Shown here: piece after piece, positions 1 through 10,006 of the stretch
How the letters are laid out: the number at the start of each line of letters is the position of its first letter
Numbering within the stretch: position 1 is the stretch's first letter
Source: Candidatus Micrarchaeota archaeon
GTDB lineage: Archaea; Micrarchaeota; Micrarchaeia; Burarchaeales; Fermentimicrarchaeaceae
Length of the DNA: 64,000 bases
Assembly: GCA_013425335.1 (NCBI GenBank)
Contig: JACCLG010000050.1
Span: forward strand, 17,532 to 81,531
Direction: 5' to 3'
Program-made: the position numbers and the translations under genes
The notes under the pieces: generated by a model
What the model was told of the DNA's origin: nothing
The model's input: only the letters and a program-made list of their open reading frames with translations
Databases searched by the model: none

Positions 1-930
1 GGGCAGAGGGTCTACCTCCATGTGGATGCCGAGAGGAGAAGGGCCCTCATGAGGCACCACAGTGCAACTCATATACTGAACTACACCTGCAGGAGGGTTC
101 TCGGCAACCATGTCTGGCAGGCTGGCGCAAAGAAGGAAAAGGACAGGGCGCATCTAGACATAACCCACTACGAGAAGCTCTCCCCGGAGCAGATGAAGCA
201 GATAGAGCTTGTCGCCAACAGAATTGTCCTGGAAGACAGGAAAATAAGCATAACAACCATGGAGAGGAGCGATGCTGAGAAGAAGTTCGGGTTCACAATC
301 TACCAGGGAGGCGCATCCCCAGGCAAGCTAGTGAGGATAGTGGAGATTGAGGGCGGGGTTGACGCAGAGGCATGCGGCGGCTTGCACATGCCCAACACGG
401 GAAAGGTCGGCATCATCAAGATAATAAAGGAGGAGAGAATTCAGGATGGGATAAGCAGGATTGAGTTCGCCGCAGGCGAGGCAGCCCTGGGCTACATCCA
501 GAAGGAGGATGAGGTGCTGAGAGAGGCTTCGGAAAAGCTCAAGGTGTCTCCTGAACAGCTCGCCTCAACTGAGGAGCGCTTCTTCGCTGAATGGAAGGAG
601 AGGGGTAAGAAGCTTGTGGAGCTGGAGGACCGTGTTGCCGAGCTGGAGTCTGAGAGGCTGCTGCCTGAAGCTAAAGGCGGCGTTGTGAGAAAGGTGCTTA
701 ATGTTGATGCCAAGCTGCTGGAGAAGATTGCCCTGTGCATATCCGAGAGGGATGTCACCGCAGTGCTGGCGAACCAGAACAACGACGTTGTTGCAGCAAC
801 CTCTGAGGGCTCTGAGATGGATTCGAGCAAGCTGCTCTCCCAGCTATACTCAAAGTTCGGCGGTGCAGGAGGAGGGAACAAGAGGTTTGCCAGAGGCAGA
901 ACCAAAGAGAAAGTCTCCTTCTCTGCCTAA
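1..930 (+). CDS. alaS: Alanine--tRNA ligase, C-terminal part (gene starts before the window)
   Basis: Editing-domain motifs HSATH and EACGGLH, 'IQDGISRIEF', C-terminal DHHA1-like GGAGGG. Confidence 0.95.
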   Translation, partial: GQRVYLHVDAERRRALMRHHSATHILNYTCRRVLGNHVWQAGAKKEKDRAHLDITHYEKLSPEQMKQIELVANRIVLEDRKISITTMERSDAEKKFGFTIYQGGASPGKLVRIVEIEGGVDAEACGGLHMPNTGKVGIIKIIKEERIQDGISRIEFAAGEAALGYIQKEDEVLREASEKLKVSPEQLASTEERFFAEWKERGKKLVELEDRVAELESERLLPEAKGGVVRKVLNVDAKLLEKIALCISERDVTAVLANQNNDVVAATSEGSEMDSSKLLSQLYSKFGGAGGGNKRFARGRTKEKVSFSA

Positions 931-1499
931 GTTTTTATTATTCTGTAGCCCTCCAGCCATTCCTTTGCTTTCTTCTTTATAGAGCTGTGCTTTGAGCGGC
1001 TGGCGAGCTCCCTAACATATGATATTTTCTCCTCGTTCCTTACGTGACTCCTCAGTATGAAATTGAGCGTTCTCTTCGCAACTGAGAGGTGGTCGGTGTG
1101 CGCCCCTATGTAATTGGCGCTCTTCAGCTTGTCCTTGTCGTCCAAGCTGCTTTTTTCTATGTAATCCAGAGCATCTATGGCAACCGGCTCATGTGTCGAA
1201 AAGCTGGCAATGAGCCTTGCCTTTTCAACTTTATCGCTCTCAGGCATGGCTGCTACTTCTATCCTCTCCCATGCATTCTCAGCGACTGAAAGATGTGGCG
1301 CGAATATGGCGGTATCGCCAAAGTAGTGGCCCTTGTCCCATTCCGAGAGCATCTTGCTGCCTGCAATGATGTCAACCGCGGTGCGCCCAACTCCCTCGTC
1401 GCAATGAGTAACCGCAGCCTGATGGAGTTTCTTATAGTTGCTCAGAAACAGCCCTATCCTATCGGTAAAAGATGCCCCCTTGCAAGTCCTCTTTGCCAT
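927..1499 (-). CDS. Hypothetical alpha-helical repeat protein
   Basis: 190-aa ORF converging on alaS; short repeated helical units (HLSVAE, HEPVAI, HLSVAK); AT-rich promoter upstream. Confidence 0.6.
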   Translation of the reverse strand: MAKRTCKGASFTDRIGLFLSNYKKLHQAAVTHCDEGVGRTAVDIIAGSKMLSEWDKGHYFGDTAIFAPHLSVAENAWERIEVAAMPESDKVEKARLIASFSTHEPVAIDALDYIEKSSLDDKDKLKSANYIGAHTDHLSVAKRTLNFILRSHVRNEEKISYVRELASRSKHSSIKKKAKEWLEGYRIIKT

Positions 1500-1593
1500 A
1501 CTACCTATTTTTAAGAATTCATCTATATTAAATTATCCTATTCGAGACGCCTTGGCAAGGGGCAGGCTGGGAAATTCTTGCAGAGTGAGCAGC

Positions 1594-2280
1594 ATGGATG
1601 AAGTGATAAGGGTTGAAGACCTTAGGAAGACGTACCTCATGGGAGAGTACGAGCTGGAGGTGCTGAGAGGCATAGACCTCGCCGTAAAGAAAGGCGACAC
1701 GCTCTCAATAATGGGCCCCTCTGGAAGCGGAAAGAGCACCCTCATACAGATAATGGGGTGCCTTGACATACCAACGAGCGGTAAGCTTTACATAGATGGA
1801 GTTGATACTTCAACAATGAACTCTGACCAGCTTGCGGCAATACGAAGCAAGAAGATAGGCTTCGTCTTCCAGTTCTTCTACCTAATCCCGACCCTCAGTT
1901 CGCAGGATAACGTTGAGTTGCCAATGGTTTTTAACGGCTTATCACATGAGGAAAGGCATAAGAAGGCATATGAGCTCCTTGAACTTGTCGGGCTTGCTGA
2001 GAGAGCGGATCACCGGCCGTCAGAGCTCAGCGGGGGTGAGAGACAGAGGGTTGCAATTGCAAGGGCGCTGGCAAACGACCCTCAAATAATTTTTGCAGAT
2101 GAACCAACAGGTAACCTTGACTCGAAATCTGGCCAGGAAATAGTACACCTGTTGATGAAGCTTAATACAAAGGGTTACACTATCATAATGGTATCGCATG
2201 ACTTTGAAATAGCGAGACATGCGAGAAGAATAATTTATGTTAAAGATGGACTTATAGAAAAGACTGAGGTGGTCAAATGA
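1594..2280 (+). CDS. ABC transporter ATP-binding protein (LolD/MacB-like)
   Basis: Walker A GPSGSGKST, signature LSGGERQRVAIARAL, Walker B IIFADEPTGNLD; start moved to ATG 1594. Confidence 0.95.
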   Translation: MDEVIRVEDLRKTYLMGEYELEVLRGIDLAVKKGDTLSIMGPSGSGKSTLIQIMGCLDIPTSGKLYIDGVDTSTMNSDQLAAIRSKKIGFVFQFFYLIPTLSSQDNVELPMVFNGLSHEERHKKAYELLELVGLAERADHRPSELSGGERQRVAIARALANDPQIIFADEPTGNLDSKSGQEIVHLLMKLNTKGYTIIMVSHDFEIARHARRIIYVKDGLIEKTEVVK

Positions 2281-3794
2281 GAAAAGAAGCTTTGTTTATG
2301 GTGCTGCTTGCGATGGTAGCATTCGTATCGGCAGACGCGCAGATAACATCATACTCTGTGCTGCCTACTACTCTTAAGCCTGGGGTGACTGGCTCAGCAA
2401 CAATAACTGTCTACAACCCCTCAACTACAACCTTAACAGGAGTTGTGATATATCAGGGTGGGGAGCAGTTCACGTTTAATTCAAATAGGGTGCAGCTAGG
2501 AGACCTTGGTGCTCTAGGCTCGACAGTCATAACAATACCATTCACCATAAAGGCAGATGTACCCCCAGGAATATACAACTTGAGGCTAGATGCATTCTGG
2601 ACAGAGGGCAGCGAGACCTTAACAAAATCATTCTCGATACCCATAAATATTACAAACCCGCCGATATTTCATTTCTCTTTCGCACCACTTAACCAAATAA
2701 CGCCAGGGCAGAGTTTCATAGTGCATGGGCAGATAACGAATGACGGAGGCAGCGTGTCAAAGATAGTGATAACTCTGAACTCAGCATCATTCTTCCTTGA
2801 TGGAATATCCCAGCTTTCTCTGGGAAATCTCCCAAGTGGAAGCAATGCATCTTTCACCATCCCACTTGTTGCAAGTGCGTCGGTAAGCCCAGGGGTTCAG
2901 TCAATACCCCTAACCGTGGCTTATCAGGACCCCCAGGGAGCATTACAGCAAACGACAATAAGCATAAACCCTGTCCAAGTGGCTAAGAGCTCGGTTGACT
3001 TCCTACTTGACGCGCAACCTGACAAAAAATCGCTATCACCGGGGGATAAGACGCGGCTCTCAGTTAACATCACAAATAATGGTAACAGCAAGGCATACTC
3101 GGCAAAGGTCACTGTCTCAGCAGCCTCCCAGTATTTCACATCGCTTGGCTCTTCCGAAAGATACTTCGATATCATCAGTCCGGGCTCCGAAGAGCACATG
3201 GAGTTTGAAATTGGAGTAAGCGGAAGCACACCGGCGGGCTACTACCCCCTCATCGTAACCATCAACTACCTCAACGTCAATGGTGAGACGCAGACCGCAA
3301 TACAAAAGCAGATTGGTGTCGAAGTGGGCGGTACCCCCGAGATAACCATAACTCCAAATACAAATCCATCACCGATATCTTCAGGAAATAAGTACTCGCT
3401 TTCGATGCAGTTCTCAAATACTGGCAATATAAATGTAAGAGCGCTCGGAGTGACGCTAACAAGCGATTCTTTTGAGATTCTTGATCCCCCGACAAGCTAT
3501 ATCGGTAGCTTGAACGTAGATGACTACACAAGCGTCCAATACATGATCTACTCCAAGAAAGATTTGAAGCCAGGCATATATCCACTACATGTTTCAATGC
3601 GCTGCAAGGATGCATATAACATCGAGTACAATATAACACGGGACGTGATGCTGGAAGTCGTGTCATCAGACATCGCAGCCCTTACACAGACGTCGGCAGG
3701 CATGAGTCTAGCATCAACAATCCTGATAGTCGTCGTGGTGGGAACGGTCGGGTACTTCGTGTACAAGAAGTACCTCAAGAAGAAGGCGAAGTAG
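2277..3794 (+). CDS. COG1361-like S-layer/Ig-like domain protein
   Basis: Signal peptide, repeated beta-rich 'PG.Y.L.' modules, C-terminal TM plus Lys tail; lies between ABC ATPase and permease. Confidence 0.8.
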   Translation: MRKEALFMVLLAMVAFVSADAQITSYSVLPTTLKPGVTGSATITVYNPSTTTLTGVVIYQGGEQFTFNSNRVQLGDLGALGSTVITIPFTIKADVPPGIYNLRLDAFWTEGSETLTKSFSIPINITNPPIFHFSFAPLNQITPGQSFIVHGQITNDGGSVSKIVITLNSASFFLDGISQLSLGNLPSGSNASFTIPLVASASVSPGVQSIPLTVAYQDPQGALQQTTISINPVQVAKSSVDFLLDAQPDKKSLSPGDKTRLSVNITNNGNSKAYSAKVTVSAASQYFTSLGSSERYFDIISPGSEEHMEFEIGVSGSTPAGYYPLIVTINYLNVNGETQTAIQKQIGVEVGGTPEITITPNTNPSPISSGNKYSLSMQFSNTGNINVRALGVTLTSDSFEILDPPTSYIGSLNVDDYTSVQYMIYSKKDLKPGIYPLHVSMRCKDAYNIEYNITRDVMLEVVSSDIAALTQTSAGMSLASTILIVVVVGTVGYFVYKKYLKKKAK

Positions 3795-4991
3795 ATGCAA
3801 CACTTGGACCTGCTGAATTATTCAATAAAGAACCTCACAAGCAGGAAGCTGAGGAGCTATCTTACCATCCTTGGTATAGTCATAGGCATAGCCGCGATAG
3901 TCACCCTCATATCAGTTGCTCAGGGAGTCAATGATTTCATAATGGACCAGCTTGGAATGCTTGGGGGGAACTGGATAACCATAACTCCTGGAAGCCTGAG
4001 ACAGAGCATAATGGGGGGCACTACTGGCAAGGTGACCACACTGGATGGAAATGCTTTAAGAGCAATCCCCGGAGTTACGGATATTATGTACGAGCTCCAA
4101 ATTATGAGAGTGCCGGTCCAGTACAAGAACGAGACTGCAAATGCAATTGGAGGCGGTTGGACCACAAATGTTTTCTCATTCACCTCGCTTATAGAGATTG
4201 GTGAAGGGAGACCATTCAAGGAGAATGAAAGACACGTGGTAGTTATAGGTTACAACCTGGCAAACGATCTGTTTAAAGATAAAATCCAAGTTAACCAGCT
4301 AATAAAAATCGGAAACACAACTTTCAGAGTTGTCGGCATAACGAAGAAAAGCACTGGACTCGCCGCCGCTACCGGCAGCATGGTTGCTATGCCGCTCGAT
4401 GATGCGAGGGAGTTTCTGGGAAATCAAAGACTCCCTAATCAGGTTGATGAGATTGGTGTATTAGTAGCGGATGGATACGATGTAGATAAAATTGGTGAGC
4501 AGGTAACGGCCAAGATGAGACAGCTACATCACGTGGGTGAGGATAATGAAGATTTTACCGTAATGACCCCATCTTTTATAGCAGAGAGAGTCAACTTGAT
4601 AACTGGCACTCTTGAGCTCTTCCTTTCTGGTATAGCGGGAATAGCGCTGCTCGTTGGTGGGATAGGCATTGCCAACACGATGTTCATGTCAGTGATGGAG
4701 AGGACAAAGGAAATAGGAGTACTCAAGGCGATAGGAGCTACCGATAATATCGTGCTTGAGATGTTCCTTCTCGAATCGAGTATCATCGGACTCGTGGGTG
4801 GAGCTATAGGGCTTATGCTCGCAGCCATTGCAACTCTTGTGCTCAACTACTTTGGGGTTCCAACTGAAATATCACCTGAACTTGCAATCTTCGGATTGTC
4901 CTTCTCCGTAGTAGTCGGAGCTGTTTCAGGCTTCTTCCCAGCAAGGAGGGCGGCAAGGCTCCTGCCTGTGGAAGCACTGAGGTACGAGTAG
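3795..4991 (+). CDS. ABC transporter permease (MacB/FtsX family)
   Basis: RSYLTILGIVIG, SVMERTKEIGVLKAIGA, C-terminal PARRAARLLPVEALRYE. Confidence 0.95.
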   Translation: MQHLDLLNYSIKNLTSRKLRSYLTILGIVIGIAAIVTLISVAQGVNDFIMDQLGMLGGNWITITPGSLRQSIMGGTTGKVTTLDGNALRAIPGVTDIMYELQIMRVPVQYKNETANAIGGGWTTNVFSFTSLIEIGEGRPFKENERHVVVIGYNLANDLFKDKIQVNQLIKIGNTTFRVVGITKKSTGLAAATGSMVAMPLDDAREFLGNQRLPNQVDEIGVLVADGYDVDKIGEQVTAKMRQLHHVGEDNEDFTVMTPSFIAERVNLITGTLELFLSGIAGIALLVGGIGIANTMFMSVMERTKEIGVLKAIGATDNIVLEMFLLESSIIGLVGGAIGLMLAAIATLVLNYFGVPTEISPELAIFGLSFSVVVGAVSGFFPARRAARLLPVEALRYE

Positions 4992-5022
4992 CCTTTTATA
5001 CCGCGGCAGCAAAAAGTTTACC

Positions 5023-5403
5023 ATGGTCAATCCTAAGAAAGTTGCAGTGAAGACAACTGCGTTAGTCTTTGAATTCCTATCATTCCTTTCTGGTATAATC
5101 CTTGTGCTTTCGCTCTGCGCAGTTTTGGTCATGCTCATTTTCCCCTCGCAATACTTCTCAATTTTCAAGAATTATGGCAGGCAAGTCTTCCTTCAGGCCG
5201 GGGATTCGTGCGATGGGATGAGCGGCTCCAATATTTTTTTGCTTCCCCCTCTTGACATAAACCATCTTGACATGAACCAAATGGAGGAATACTGCATTGG
5301 GTGGGATAAAATCATTATGTTTATAGGTTCTGTGACGTTTATCCTAACCGTATTATTTGAGGAAATAATCAGGAAGAGATACTTGAAAATAGCTCAGGTG
5401 TAG
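5023..5403 (+). CDS. Hypothetical membrane protein
   Basis: 126-aa ORF with two hydrophobic segments. Confidence 0.55.
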   Translation: MVNPKKVAVKTTALVFEFLSFLSGIILVLSLCAVLVMLIFPSQYFSIFKNYGRQVFLQAGDSCDGMSGSNIFLLPPLDINHLDMNQMEEYCIGWDKIIMFIGSVTFILTVLFEEIIRKRYLKIAQV

Positions 5404-6320
5404 CTGACCTTTACCCCGGCAGAATTGCTAAGGCTGAGAAAGTCCCTCATTGCATAGGTGATTCCCTGCCCCAGCGAGGAGAGGATTCCTCCGAATGGGT
5501 TTGTGCTGCCCATCTCGCATACTACAGGTTGATTCTTATATGACATATTGGCTAGGTTTGCTGCAGTTGTGAGCGCCAGTTTCTTATTGCCAATCTCATC
5601 AACAAGACCAACCTCTTTCGCCTGCCTCCCCGTAAGCACCCTCGCATCCAGAATCTCATTGAACTTCTGCTCGTTCAACTTGCCTTTCCTTCCCTCTTCA
5701 ACAACGGTCTTGAACTCATCAAAAATTTGGTTTATCATGGTCTGCATTATCTGCTTCTCCTTCTCTGTTGGGGGCCTCGTGTTTGTGCCCATGTCCTTGA
5801 GCTCTCCAGACTTGAATATTGTATAGTTTAAACCGAGCTTGTTGAACAGCCCGCTCATGTCCTCAAACGTTGTTGTAACTCCTATGCTGCCAGTCAAAGC
5901 GTCAGGCTCAGAAACGATGTAATCCGTAGGTGCGGATATGTAATAGGCGCCAGATGCAGCAACCTCCCTGAAATAGGCCACCTTGGGCTTCTTGATGTCT
6001 CTGACTGCTTCATATATCTCCCTGCTCGCTACAACAGAGCCTCCGGGCGAGTTGACCTCAAAAACTACCGCCTTGACGTTACCGTTGTTTTCTGCATTGT
6101 TTATTTGATTGACGATATCATCAGAGCCAATTGTCGGCGTCCCAAACAGCCCGCCGCTGGAAGTCTGCGTGCTTATCTCACCATTCACTTGGATTACCCC
6201 AACGCATTCAGTGGGTGTTGCGAGGTAATAAATGGCGTATACTGCCACTATTGTGCCGGCAACCATCAAAGCTCCTATGGCGACAAGTAGTATTGTTACA
6301 ACAAGTTTGTCAGTTTTCAT
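5394..6320 (-). CDS. sppA: Signal peptide peptidase A (S49)
   Basis: NSPGGS, AASGAYY, TGSIGV, KSGELKD motifs; N-terminal TM. Confidence 0.93.
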   Translation of the reverse strand: MKTDKLVVTILLVAIGALMVAGTIVAVYAIYYLATPTECVGVIQVNGEISTQTSSGGLFGTPTIGSDDIVNQINNAENNGNVKAVVFEVNSPGGSVVASREIYEAVRDIKKPKVAYFREVAASGAYYISAPTDYIVSEPDALTGSIGVTTTFEDMSGLFNKLGLNYTIFKSGELKDMGTNTRPPTEKEKQIMQTMINQIFDEFKTVVEEGRKGKLNEQKFNEILDARVLTGRQAKEVGLVDEIGNKKLALTTAANLANMSYKNQPVVCEMGSTNPFGGILSSLGQGITYAMRDFLSLSNSAGVKVSYT

Positions 6321-6365
6321 ATTGTAATAAATACTTTTGTACCCTTATAAATATTGTGGTGTAAG

Positions 6366-6887
6366 ATGAATCTTGTTCAGGCATTGCTTTTCATACTTCC
6401 CGCCTACATTGCCAATGCAACGCCTGTTATTTTTGGGGGCGGGATGCCCGTTGATTTCAGGAGAAAATTCAAAGACGGGGAGAGGATACTCGGCGACGGG
6501 AAAACCTGGAGGGGCCTGCTTGCCGGGCTCTGCTTCGGAAGCCTCACCGGGCTGGTTGAGGCACAGCTGTACTCATCTGCAATGCTGCAGGGAGTGCCAG
6601 GCATGAATTTTTTGCCACTGGGCTTTGCTCTCTCGCTTGGCACAATGCTGGGTGACCTGACAGGGAGTTTCATAAAAAGGAGAATGAGGATAAAGAGAGG
6701 GCATCCATCGCTTATTCTTGACCAACTGTCATTCCTGCTTTTCGCACTTTTGTTCTCAGTCCCATTTGCGCCATCTGGATTTTTTGCTCTGGATTCACTA
6801 GTTTTCCTGGTTGTGCTGACATACCTGCTTCACGTCCTCACAAATATTTTCGCAAATAGGCTCGGCCTTAAGAAAGTTCCCTGGTGA
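6366..6887 (+). CDS. carS: CDP-archaeol synthase
   Basis: PAYIANATPV, GDGKTWRG, GDLTGSFIKRR, LDQL motifs. Confidence 0.92.
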   Translation: MNLVQALLFILPAYIANATPVIFGGGMPVDFRRKFKDGERILGDGKTWRGLLAGLCFGSLTGLVEAQLYSSAMLQGVPGMNFLPLGFALSLGTMLGDLTGSFIKRRMRIKRGHPSLILDQLSFLLFALLFSVPFAPSGFFALDSLVFLVVLTYLLHVLTNIFANRLGLKKVPW

Positions 6888-6891
6888 GGAG

Positions 6892-8670
6892 CTAGTTACA
6901 TCCAGAGCAACCATCGCAGTCGTTTCCGTTATCCGATATGGTGTTTGATGTAAATGTTGGGTTGGAGTTGTAGCAGTAAATCCCATACTGCGTGTGGTGC
7001 CTCACAATATTCTCAATAAGTATATCGCTCGATGAGTCCATGTATATGCCATTCTTGCCGTTATCCTCAATCATGTTTTTACTGAACTCATCGGAATTCG
7101 AGGAGCTTGTGCGCACTCCGTAAACCTCGTTGGAGGAGATGACATTGCCCCAAATCTTGTTTGATGTGGAGTTGTACAAGTCTATGCCGTACTGGCTGTT
7201 CTCTCTAATGGCACTGCCGGATATTACGTTGGAAGATGAAGAGCTCACCGTTATGCCTACGTTATTTTTGTTTACCTTGTTGCCTGTAGCGTTGTTCTCG
7301 TATGCGAAGTGGAACCATATACCCTGTGAATTGCCCCTTAGTTCATTCCCATCTAACAAATTCAGGTGCGATGAGTACAGCCATATTCCGTAACTGCTGT
7401 TCAGGATAGTATTCGAGAGCAGGTTGTTTGACGTGGAATTCATAAGACTGATGCCCAGGTTGTTCCCGTCCAGACTGTTGCTCAACAGCGTATTGTTCTG
7501 CGAACTCTGCAACAGAACGCTCTGTGTGTTCTGCTCTATATCATTTCTGTCAATCTCATTCAAACTTGAGTATAATATGCTAATTGCATTCCTGTTGTTG
7601 CTGAGAGAGTTGCCAGTAACGCTATTGCCGTTAGATGACTGTAGCTTGATTCCATCCGTGCAGTTGGTTATGTTGTTTTTGCTCACACTGTTATTCGTAG
7701 ATGAAACCAGTGATACGCAGCTAATCGCATCTGAGCTCACATTGCTCGATCTTATGGTATTGTTTGATGAGGATTGCAGAACGATGCCCTCATAGCTATT
7801 CACTACTTCATCCGCATCCACCACATTGTAATTCGAGGAATTCAGGTATACCCCGCGGTGGTTGTTGGAATTCGCATTATTGCTAAGCACGTTGCCTGAA
7901 GAGCCGGATATGACCACCCCGGTCTCGTAATTGTCGTATATCTTATTCCTGCTTACATGCGTGCCTTCAGATGCCGGTGAAAGGTATATCCCAACATTGT
8001 TGTTGTAAATCACATTCCCTTCAATTAGGAGATTGCGCGTCAGACTGCGCGCATACACTCCGTAGACGCTGCCGGATATCGAATTACCCCTCAGCACCAC
8101 GCCCTCCGCGTCTATGACCAATCCATAGATGTTTCCGTTGATTAGGTTCCCTTCAATAACAGAATTCTGAGCCCCGATGTACGGACCTTTCATGCTCTCG
8201 GAGAGTCCAGAGCCCAGATTCAACAGCTCGGAGTTTCTCATCTCAAATTTTGCATCCTTGCGGGCAAATATGGTGGTGCTAGCCGTGGAACTATTGCCGT
8301 TCTCTATGATGCTCATGTCATAAATTGTGGCTGTGTTGTTATCGTTGTCAAGCACCCTAAGCTCTCCTCCCGGAAGCACCTCGATTATCCTCTCATTGTT
8401 GGTCTTCCCATCCATTATAACTGTAGCATTCCTAAGAGTGAGCGAGCCGCCAGGCAGAACAGTAATTCTACCGCTCATATTTATTGTTCTATTCGCGCAT
8501 ATTGTGTAGTAGGATATATTCCATCCGTCAATCTCAGGCGAGCAAGGCTGATATCTTTCTTGCGAGAAAACGCCGAAATAGTATAAAACTGCTAGTATCA
8601 TTATGATTAGCCATAAAACCCATCCATAGGCATGTACAACCTCGGCTGAAATCGGCTTCTTGCTTGGCAT
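6892..8670 (-). CDS. Surface parallel beta-helix (NosD/CASH repeat) protein with pilin-like YGW N-terminus
   Basis: Many 'GI.L.SS.NN.I..N.I..N' repeats; N-terminal YGWVLWLIIMILAVLYYFGVF helix. Confidence 0.85.
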   Translation of the reverse strand: MPSKKPISAEVVHAYGWVLWLIIMILAVLYYFGVFSQERYQPCSPEIDGWNISYYTICANRTINMSGRITVLPGGSLTLRNATVIMDGKTNNERIIEVLPGGELRVLDNDNNTATIYDMSIIENGNSSTASTTIFARKDAKFEMRNSELLNLGSGLSESMKGPYIGAQNSVIEGNLINGNIYGLVIDAEGVVLRGNSISGSVYGVYARSLTRNLLIEGNVIYNNNVGIYLSPASEGTHVSRNKIYDNYETGVVISGSSGNVLSNNANSNNHRGVYLNSSNYNVVDADEVVNSYEGIVLQSSSNNTIRSSNVSSDAISCVSLVSSTNNSVSKNNITNCTDGIKLQSSNGNSVTGNSLSNNRNAISILYSSLNEIDRNDIEQNTQSVLLQSSQNNTLLSNSLDGNNLGISLMNSTSNNLLSNTILNSSYGIWLYSSHLNLLDGNELRGNSQGIWFHFAYENNATGNKVNKNNVGITVSSSSSNVISGSAIRENSQYGIDLYNSTSNKIWGNVISSNEVYGVRTSSSNSDEFSKNMIEDNGKNGIYMDSSSDILIENIVRHHTQYGIYCYNSNPTFTSNTISDNGNDCDGCSGCN

Positions 8671-8732
8671 TCTATTTTCACCTAGGGGTTCATGTGATAA
8701 CTAGTTAATCCAGCTTGGTATTTAATACTTCT

Positions 8733-9026
8733 CTACTCCACCTTTGTTATCTTGCCGTACTTGCCTGCGGACAGTTGCGAGTTGCCCCTGAACTCGGAAA
8801 CCCAGCCGTTCTCTATCTTTATCTTATCTCCAATTGCTATCCTACTTATGTCGTCCCCCCAAAGAGAAAGAATTATCTCGCCGCTGTCATCCTTTATGGT
8901 GGCGTTGGCCACTCTCGTCTTCTTTCCGAACCTTGTGAGCACATCTCTAGGTTCCTCAATTGCAGTTACTTCTGCAACTTCAATAGTAGCATTACCTGTT
9001 CCCGGCTTGAGCTCTGAAATCTTCAT
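8733..9026 (-). CDS. ssb: Single OB-fold single-stranded DNA-binding protein
   Basis: KISELKPG...DDSGEIILSLW...IENGWVSEFRG, typical of archaeal single-OB SSB. Confidence 0.88.
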   Translation of the reverse strand: MKISELKPGTGNATIEVAEVTAIEEPRDVLTRFGKKTRVANATIKDDSGEIILSLWGDDISRIAIGDKIKIENGWVSEFRGNSQLSAGKYGKITKVE

Positions 9027-9072
9027 CTCTTCACCTCTTCCTTGTTTATTAACTTACTAATTTTTATACATT

Positions 9073-10002
9073 TCATTTGCGCTTTCTCAAAGCAGCAAGC
9101 ATAAGAGGAAGAATTACAGTTGCATCCCCGTCTATCGTCACCTGCTTCGCCCTCTCCTTCACTTTGCCCCAGGAGATAGCCTCCCTCAATCTTGCACCGC
9201 TCAAGCTGCCGTCATACTGGCTTGCAGTTGTAATATAGACTGCGTAATCAAGCCCTCCCTTGAACTGGTTCCACCAAATAGTATGATGTTTCGAGATGCC
9301 CCCCCCAATCATCAATGCCCCTCTTCTCTTGCTGTCGAAAACAATATCGCTGAGCTCCTTCTCATCTTTTATTAAGTTAAGTTTGAACTTGTGGTCCTGG
9401 GAGAATATCACAAGGTTTGTCCCAAAGGCACCGTCCAGTATGCCCGGGCAGTACACAGGTATGTTGTGCTTTGCGGCCTGGTAGAGAATTGAGTTTTTAT
9501 CATCAACCCTCTTGCCGAACTCATATGCCAATTCCCTGCTGCTCCACTCCTCGTTCTCTTTTGAAATCTGCTTGAGAATAGGAAGCATCCTCCTCTCCAA
9601 GATGATGCCGTAGCTTGAGTTCGGAATCAACACATTGCCGAGCCTGTTCACCCCGATCCTGTGCAGCATCTCATCGTCAAGCTCAAAGCTCCCCTCAAAA
9701 TAGCTCCCGCCCCAAGCCCTCGCCAGGTCGTGGTCAAAAGTCCCGCCTGTTGTAATGACAACGTCAAACTCCTTTATGAACTGGGCAAGAGCTCCTCTCA
9801 ATCCAGTTGCAACAATGCACGCAGGGAAGGACAGGAAATTCGTGCACTCCTTGTCTGCAAGCATCTCCCCAAGGATGCTCACTCCGCTGGCCAGATGGCG
9901 CGCCGTGAAACCCCCTGCACTGCGCATCTCCTCAACAAGCTCAGCCGCTCCCATGTTCTCCAGGAGTTTCATATCCCTGATTCTTTTTTTAGGAAGTCTC
10001 AT
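9073..10002 (-). CDS. dys: Deoxyhypusine synthase
   Basis: NRLGNV, GGGISKHH, DGSLSGARLREAISWGKV, GDATV; start moved to ATG 10002. Confidence 0.95.
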   Translation of the reverse strand: MRLPKKRIRDMKLLENMGAAELVEEMRSAGGFTARHLASGVSILGEMLADKECTNFLSFPACIVATGLRGALAQFIKEFDVVITTGGTFDHDLARAWGGSYFEGSFELDDEMLHRIGVNRLGNVLIPNSSYGIILERRMLPILKQISKENEEWSSRELAYEFGKRVDDKNSILYQAAKHNIPVYCPGILDGAFGTNLVIFSQDHKFKLNLIKDEKELSDIVFDSKRRGALMIGGGISKHHTIWWNQFKGGLDYAVYITTASQYDGSLSGARLREAISWGKVKERAKQVTIDGDATVILPLMLAALRKRK

Positions 10003-10006
10003 ATAA

